Part shown: positions 57,598-64,000 of the stretch, one piece after another
Layout: each line of letters opens with the position of its first letter
Position numbering within the stretch: position 1 is the stretch's first letter
Assembly: GCA_964016885.1 (NCBI GenBank)
Contig: OZ024741.1
Coordinates: 290,346,001-290,410,000, forward strand
Length of the DNA stretch: 64,000 nucleotides
DNA from: Eledone cirrhosa
Lineage: Eukaryota
Direction: 5' to 3'
Program-made: the position numbers and the translations under genes
Notes under the pieces: generated by a model
What the model was told of the DNA's origin: nothing
Databases searched by the model: none
What the model saw: the letters and a program-made list of their open reading frames with translations, nothing else

Positions 57598-57605
<8 letters not shown>
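57076..57605 (+). mobile_element. Family-E partial-tandem HHR element in (TA)n
   Basis: About 45-bp terminal direct repeat (TATTTGCTAGACCTC.ATTTTATAT near 57096 and 57582) enclosing an HHR. Confidence 0.75.
57447..57531 (+). ncRNA. Type I hammerhead ribozyme with an enlarged stem II
   Basis: GAGCCTT-CTGAAGA-[52 nt]-GAAA-CCGCGG-TA-AAGGCTC: 7-bp stem I, palindromic ACCGCGGT stem III, GUA triplet. Confidence 0.8.
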
Positions 57606-57648
<43 letters not shown>

Positions 57649-57737
57649 TTGGGTTTCTATATAACTTATTCGTCTTTCTCCCCCAGCCTTCTCTCTAACT
57701 GTTACTCTCATTCAGTGTATCCGTTGTGTATGTAAAG

Positions 57738-57792
<55 letters not shown>

Positions 57793-57916
57793 GTGTATGT
57801 GTGTGTGTATTTGTATATATACACACACACCCACGCGCGCGCGCACATATATATATATATAACCCATGCTAGCGTGGAAGAACGGACGTAAAACGGTGAT
57901 GATGATGATGATGATG

Positions 57917-57959
<43 letters not shown>

Positions 57960-58454
57960 AGTGTAAACAGTGAGTGAAACTTCACCTTAACATATTACAT
58001 TCACTTATTCGCATCTGTTCGTGGAAAGTGTTTCGCAATTAAACAGATCAAAACCTCAGATTGCTTTCAAATTAGCATCTGTTGAACAAGTTGAATCAGA
58101 GTAGATCGACATGTTGTGGAAACATTAAATAATTACATGTGGTTTGGAGCTCTTCATTTGCGAAACACGTGTAACTCGAGCATGCGAATAAATATCTTTT
58201 AAATCGAAATTCCACTCTCTCATTTATATATAAACACCCTGAAGCATATTGAAATACCATATGATGGCATGACGGTAAATATTCCCATAATTATCTACAC
58301 CGAATATCCAAATCATGTGACTGCATCGAGGGTTACAATCCCTATAACCAGTAAGAATTACTAAACAATAACCAGGTTGTATAAAGTAACCTATAACGAG
58401 GACTTTATATATACATACACTTCGTTATTGTATTTGTTTCGCAAGATTTCTTAT

Positions 58455-58715
58455 CTGAAAACGTGTGTTGAAACAGATATTGTTATACTTTGGGAGGGTC
58501 ATGCTGCCAATAAGAAACACACGCACTTGTTGGATTGCACTTCATTTTATTATTATTATTTCCCAATCGATTGGTTTAATAACCGGGCCGTTGTTTAGTT
58601 GTTGATTGTCACCAAAGCTCTTTCGTCATACATTCTGTGACCTCCTCAGTGACTAATGTTAATGTTATTTCGTGTCTCTTCTTGTTTTGTCCTGCACCAT
58701 TTTGTTTTGTGAGCT
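58455..58715. repeat. Dispersed repeat, copy of 9415-9675
   Basis: Shares the blocks listed for the 9415-9675 copy. Confidence 0.75.
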
Positions 58716-60374
58716 GTGTACTTGGGCTGCGCATGCGTTATATCTGGGTTTGTGTGTGTTTTTATTTATTTATTGTTTGTGGTGGTTGCGGTAATGGTAA
58801 TGATGTTCGTAATAGTAATGATGTTGGTTGTTTTGTTGTTGGTGGTGGTGGTGATGGTGGTGGTGGGGGTGATGGTTGTGGCGATGTGGTGGTGGTGGCG
58901 GTGGTGTTGGTGGTGGTGGTTGTGGTGATGGTGGTGGTGGTTGTGGTGATGTGATTGTTAGTAATGATGAAGGATGGTAGTGACGGTGGTGCTGATAGTG
59001 TTAGCGATAACAGAGAACGGGATGAAGGGTGGTTCTCTTTAATGGTGACGGCGTTGATAAGGAAGACAGTAAACGTTGTAGTAGTTGTATTTCCGGTGAT
59101 GATGGATGGTGGCTCTTCAAAATAATGATTGTGGACGATAATAGGGAGGAGGACGGCGGCCTAACAGGTAAAAGGATAATCTGAACAAACAATGAAAAGA
59201 AATGAAGACTTAGAAATTTGTAAACATTCAAATGGAGTTTGTAATCGAAAGTGAAACTAAATTAACTACAGAAAAAACATCTGAGAGAGAGAGAAATTGG
59301 TGGCTACAATGTGTATTGAGGAAAGCTGAGATGGAAGATCAAAGTATGGTTTATAAAGTGATTATTATGTGGGACATTTATATTGATAAACAAGATAAAT
59401 AAAATAGTTATGTCATACAAACTCACACACACACTCATATACACACATACACGCACACACACACCCACACATACACACGCACACACACACACCCACACGC
59501 ATCCCAACCCCACACATATATATATATATAATAGCTTTCACCGTATTTTTTTACTAAAGAAATGTTAGTCTGATAATGGGGTTTAGAACCCTCAGATAAA
59601 TGGAAAAAGATGAGTATTGACGTACATGGGAGTCAATACTCATCTGTTTCCGTTCAAACATTCCAAATAAAAGCTCTCAACCAGATGTTATTAAACAAAC
59701 AAGTAATTAACCAATCAACAGAATTGTCTAATTAAATTAATTAGTTAATTATTAAATCTTGGAGAAAATAATACAAGTGGAAGCTTAGTAAAATCGAAGC
59801 TTTGGCTGTGGCCAAGCAAAGTCGACCTACAATAGGAATGAGTTAGCAAAGCACTGAATAAGGGTAGGTACTTAGAGTAATAACATACGTTTAAATAGCT
59901 TGACAAATTGAACATTGCGGTAGACAAAACCCAACCATACAGTACGAAAGTAACGAAAGAACTAACAGGTTAAATAATATAGGTAGATATGCATGTATTT
60001 CCTGCAACTACTCACAAATCATTTCTCTACAGTTTTACTATGGCCCTTCTTGATTTTGGACTTAACAATCTGGAATCGAAAACCCATCTCAGACCATACT
60101 AAATGCAAAATACCACCCCCTCCTTCCGTTTACACTACACACACACAAACACGTATACACCAATACACCCAACCACACATCGCCAAAAACATATACTAAC
60201 ATACACACACGCCAATACACATACACATGCACGAGTGCGCGCACGGAGACAAGGGTGTGTGCTTGTGTGTACATGGCCCGACACCCACACTCTCGAGCTG
60301 GACCACTTCTCCACCCATCGCAGCTGCGCCACCCCCTCTCCTTTTTATTTTTTATTGTCTTTCTAATTTTAGAG

Positions 60375-61215
60375 GATGGTGGAATGGTGATGGTGCTGGT
60401 GCTGGTGATGGTGATGGTGTTGGTGTTGGGGATGTTGGGAGATGGTGGTATGGGATGGTGGTATGGTGATGGTGATGGTGATGGTGGTGGTGTTGGGGAT
60501 GTTGGGAGATGGTGGCATGGGATGGTGGAATGGTGATGGTGCTGGTGATGGTGGTGGTGGTGGTGTTGGGGATGTTGGGAGATGGTGGTATGGGATGGTG
60601 GAATGGTGATGGTGCTGGTGCTGGTGATGGTGGTGGTGTTGGGGATGTTGGGAGATGGTGGCATGGGATGGTGGAATGGTGATGGTGCTGGTGCTGGTGA
60701 TGGTGGTGGTGTTGGGGATGTTGGGAGATGGTGGCATGGGATGGTGGAATGGTGATGGTGCTGGTGATGGTGGTGGTGTTGGGGATGTTGGGAGATGGTG
60801 GCATGGGATGGTGGAATGGTGATGGTGCTGGTGATGGTGGTGGTGTTGGGGATGTTGGGAGATGGTGGTATGGGATGGTGGAATGGTGATGGTGCTGGTG
60901 ATGGTGGTGGTGGTGGTGTTGGGGATGTTGGGAGATGGTGGTATGGGATGGCGGAATGGCGATGGTGCTGGTGATGGTGGTGATGGTGGTGGTGGTGTTG
61001 GGGACGTTGGGAGATGGTGGTATGGGATGGCGGAATGGCGATGGTGCTGGTGATGGTGGTGATGATGGTGGTGGTGGTGTTGGGATGCTGGGAGAGGGTG
61101 TTAGAATGGTAATGGCGCTGGAGATTGTGATGGTGGTGGTGTTGGGATGTTGGGAGATGGTAGTGGGGGATGGTGGAACGGTGATGGTGCTGGCGCTGGT
61201 GATGGTGGTGGTGCT
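60375..61215. repeat. Minisatellite, about 60-69 bp unit, about 12 copies
   Basis: Core GGTGTTGGGGATGTTGGGAGATGGTGGYATGGGATGGTGGAATGGTGATGGTGCT with variable GGT counts. Confidence 0.92.
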
Positions 61216-61579
61216 GAGGCCGGTGCTGGTGTTGGTGGTAGTAATGTTGTTGTTGGTGTTTGTCGTCGTTGTGGTGTTCGCGATGGTGGTTGTGGTGGCT
61301 GTTGTGGGTTTAGTTGTATGTTGGAAGGTTCTGCTGGGTGGCGTGTGATGGCGATAGAGATTCTGCAAAGTTAAATGTATTGCCAAAATGCCGGAGGCTG
61401 TCAGATGTGAAGAGTGAAATATTATAATACTAAGGAAGAGGGGTTAGGTAAAGAGGGTGGATGGAGAACTTTGTCTAATAACGTAAGCTAGAGGTTGGGG
61501 ACACAATTTTAAGTATTAGTGGCATTTTACGAGAGAGAGAGAGAGAGAGAAGAGTGGAAGATAAGGAGAGAGAGAGAGA

Positions 61580-61622
<43 letters not shown>

Positions 61623-61770
61623 GCCTACAGAAATTGGTGGGCTAACAGTGAAAAGAATGAATGAGATTGGGAGCTAAATTTTATAATACGCTGGCGAGTA
61701 AAGTGTTCATATCGAAAAGTGGGGATTCCATACAAACCGTAAAATATCCCCTCTACAATATAACTGCGGA

Positions 61771-61806
<36 letters not shown>

Positions 61807-61827
61807 ATATATATGTGTGTGTGTGTA

Positions 61828-61876
<49 letters not shown>

Positions 61877-61929
61877 CTGTGTGCGTGTGTGTGTGTGTGT
61901 ATATATATATGTGTGTGTGTATATATATG

Positions 61930-61982
<53 letters not shown>

Positions 61983-62015
61983 ATATTTGTATATGCCTAC
62001 AAATAAATGAATATA

Positions 62016-62113
<98 letters not shown>

Positions 62114-62550
62114 GAGAGTGAGTGAGAGGTGGAGACAGAAAGGGAGGGATGGGAAAGGAGAGGGAGAGAGAATGGGAGGGACAGGAGAAAGAGATGAGGA
62201 GGGTGGGGAAAGAGAAGACGAGAGAGAGGAAAATAGAAGAAATGACTTCGATAGCTGGTGAACGCTGTTGATTGCAGTGAAAGATGTCTAATGAATTGTG
62301 AACTCGACACCTGTATAGTTTCAATAATAATACATTACAATCATAAAACAATACATTAGAGGAGTTGGAGCTTTTATGAAACTTTAAGCAACTTTGTCTC
62401 ATGATTCCAAGACTCTGCATCAATATAAAATATTCATCTCTATATTCATAATATTCAGATGATGGGATTTTTTTTTTGTCATACGAAAACTGTGCAAACA
62501 ACTGTATATTGCTGACTGAATACACGCGCGTGTGTGTGTGTGTGTGTGTT

Positions 62551-62583
<33 letters not shown>

Positions 62584-62584
62584 T

Positions 62585-62627
<43 letters not shown>

Positions 62628-62653
62628 CGCGTGCATGTGTGTGTGTGTGTATA

Positions 62654-62784
<131 letters not shown>

Positions 62785-62880
62785 TTATGTATGTAAAAAG
62801 TAAATAGTAATAAAAAATTAAAAGATGCAGTACAATGAAGAAATATATTAGTTTAACGCGCTTGAAATAATATGAAAAGG

Positions 62881-62919
62881 GTATTTACGTTTCGGACACT
62901 AGTCTTTCATTAGAACATA
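62881..62919 (-). ncRNA. Degenerate minimal hammerhead (core G5 changed to A)
   Basis: TGTT-CTAATGA-AAGACTAGTGTCC-GAAA-CG-TA-AATA: stems II and III and the triplet are in place but the core is mutated, so probably inactive. Confidence 0.45.
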
Positions 62920-63139
62920 GAATGAGAGATAAAAGGTGATGTAAAAAGATAAAGAGTAAGAAAAGGAAGGATCTAAGGATCTGGAAACAATAGTAAATAC
63001 ACACACACATACACACACACACGTATGTATATATATATATATATATATATATTATGTCTCATATAAAATAATACAGCCGGTTATCCACACAATACAATAT
63101 AGTTAGCACCCCAAACCTATAATTGGGAATATACTTAGG

Positions 63140-63172
<33 letters not shown>

Positions 63173-63884
63173 TTCTGTGTGTGTTTGTGTGTTTGTGTGT
63201 GTGTGTGCGTGTGTGCGTGCGAGTTTGTATCTGTGTGTCTATGTGTATGTATTCTGTAAATGTTCGTCAAATACATCGAGAATATTTTCCCGCGTAAAAT
63301 CTATGCACAGGCCTCACTAAAACTAGATAAGGGTGCAGTATTAAGATATGAAGTATGATTTAACATTCTTCATCGGAAAACAATATCACTACCAATAACA
63401 ATACAGATAACAAGAATAACAAGAATAACAAGAATAACTATAACAACATATGATCCGATTAATTACCTCCAATATCCAATGTGGATAATCAAGTTCATAA
63501 TTTCTTCGTTAATTACGAATAAAACCAATTATGCTTCATTGTTCATTTGAACTAACTGACCTTCTTAACATTCTGTGCTATCATGAGGGGTATAAAGAAA
63601 ATATACATTGGTGTGGAGGAAAGCACAGGACTTAGAGGTTAGATTGTTCAGCTCATTCTCGTTAGGTCATGAGTGCAATTTCCGCCCGCGTGTTAGTTCT
63701 TGAGAAAGCCTTTTTATCTGCCGTTGCTCCAATCCACTCATTTCTAACAATTCCGCCATGGATCAATATCTATTTTAACATTCCCTCAAATCTCATTACC
63801 TAGGCGGTATTTGAACTCAGTAATTACAGATTCGAATTATATACAATAAAGTATGTCGTCCAACTTTCTAACAATTCAGCCATT

Positions 63885-64000
63885 CCATCACCTTGATCTA
63901 GTACTTATTTTTTTTTACCTTGGAATGACAAAAGGCAGAGCTCGCTTCGTTGGGATTTGAACTCAAATGGCTGGAATACTTATAGCGAAGCATTTAGTCC
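63885..64000 (-). mobile_element. Diverged SINE at the window edge
   Basis: GGAATGACAAAAGGCAGAG...GGGATTTGAACTCA. Confidence 0.6.

Overview
Eukaryotic, AT-rich, extremely microsatellite-dense DNA; the SINE, MITE and simple-repeat content resembles an octopus/cephalopod genome (inference). No intact protein-coding gene, rRNA, tRNA gene or CRISPR array is supportable, and most ORFs in the supplied track are microsatellite translations. The window is a mosaic of mobile elements: a Tx1/L1-clade LINE (5' half at 1-2462, four 3' fragments elsewhere), RTE and CRE LINE fragments, two Penelope-like (PLE) GIY-YIG fragments, many tRNA-type SINEs, a Helitron, small MITEs and several minisatellites. Two systems stand out. 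(1) All five Tx1 pieces sit inside (TATC)n/(GATA)n arrays in the same relative orientation, suggesting a GATA-microsatellite-targeting retrotransposon. (2) At least five sequence-unrelated short families live inside (TA)n arrays, carry type I hammerhead ribozyme (HHR) motifs with palindromic stem III, are built as fold-backs or partial tandems, and three of them share a TTGAGTAC motif in their 3' tails. Two weak candidate host exons lie on the + strand. All alignments and folds were done by eye; no database search was run.
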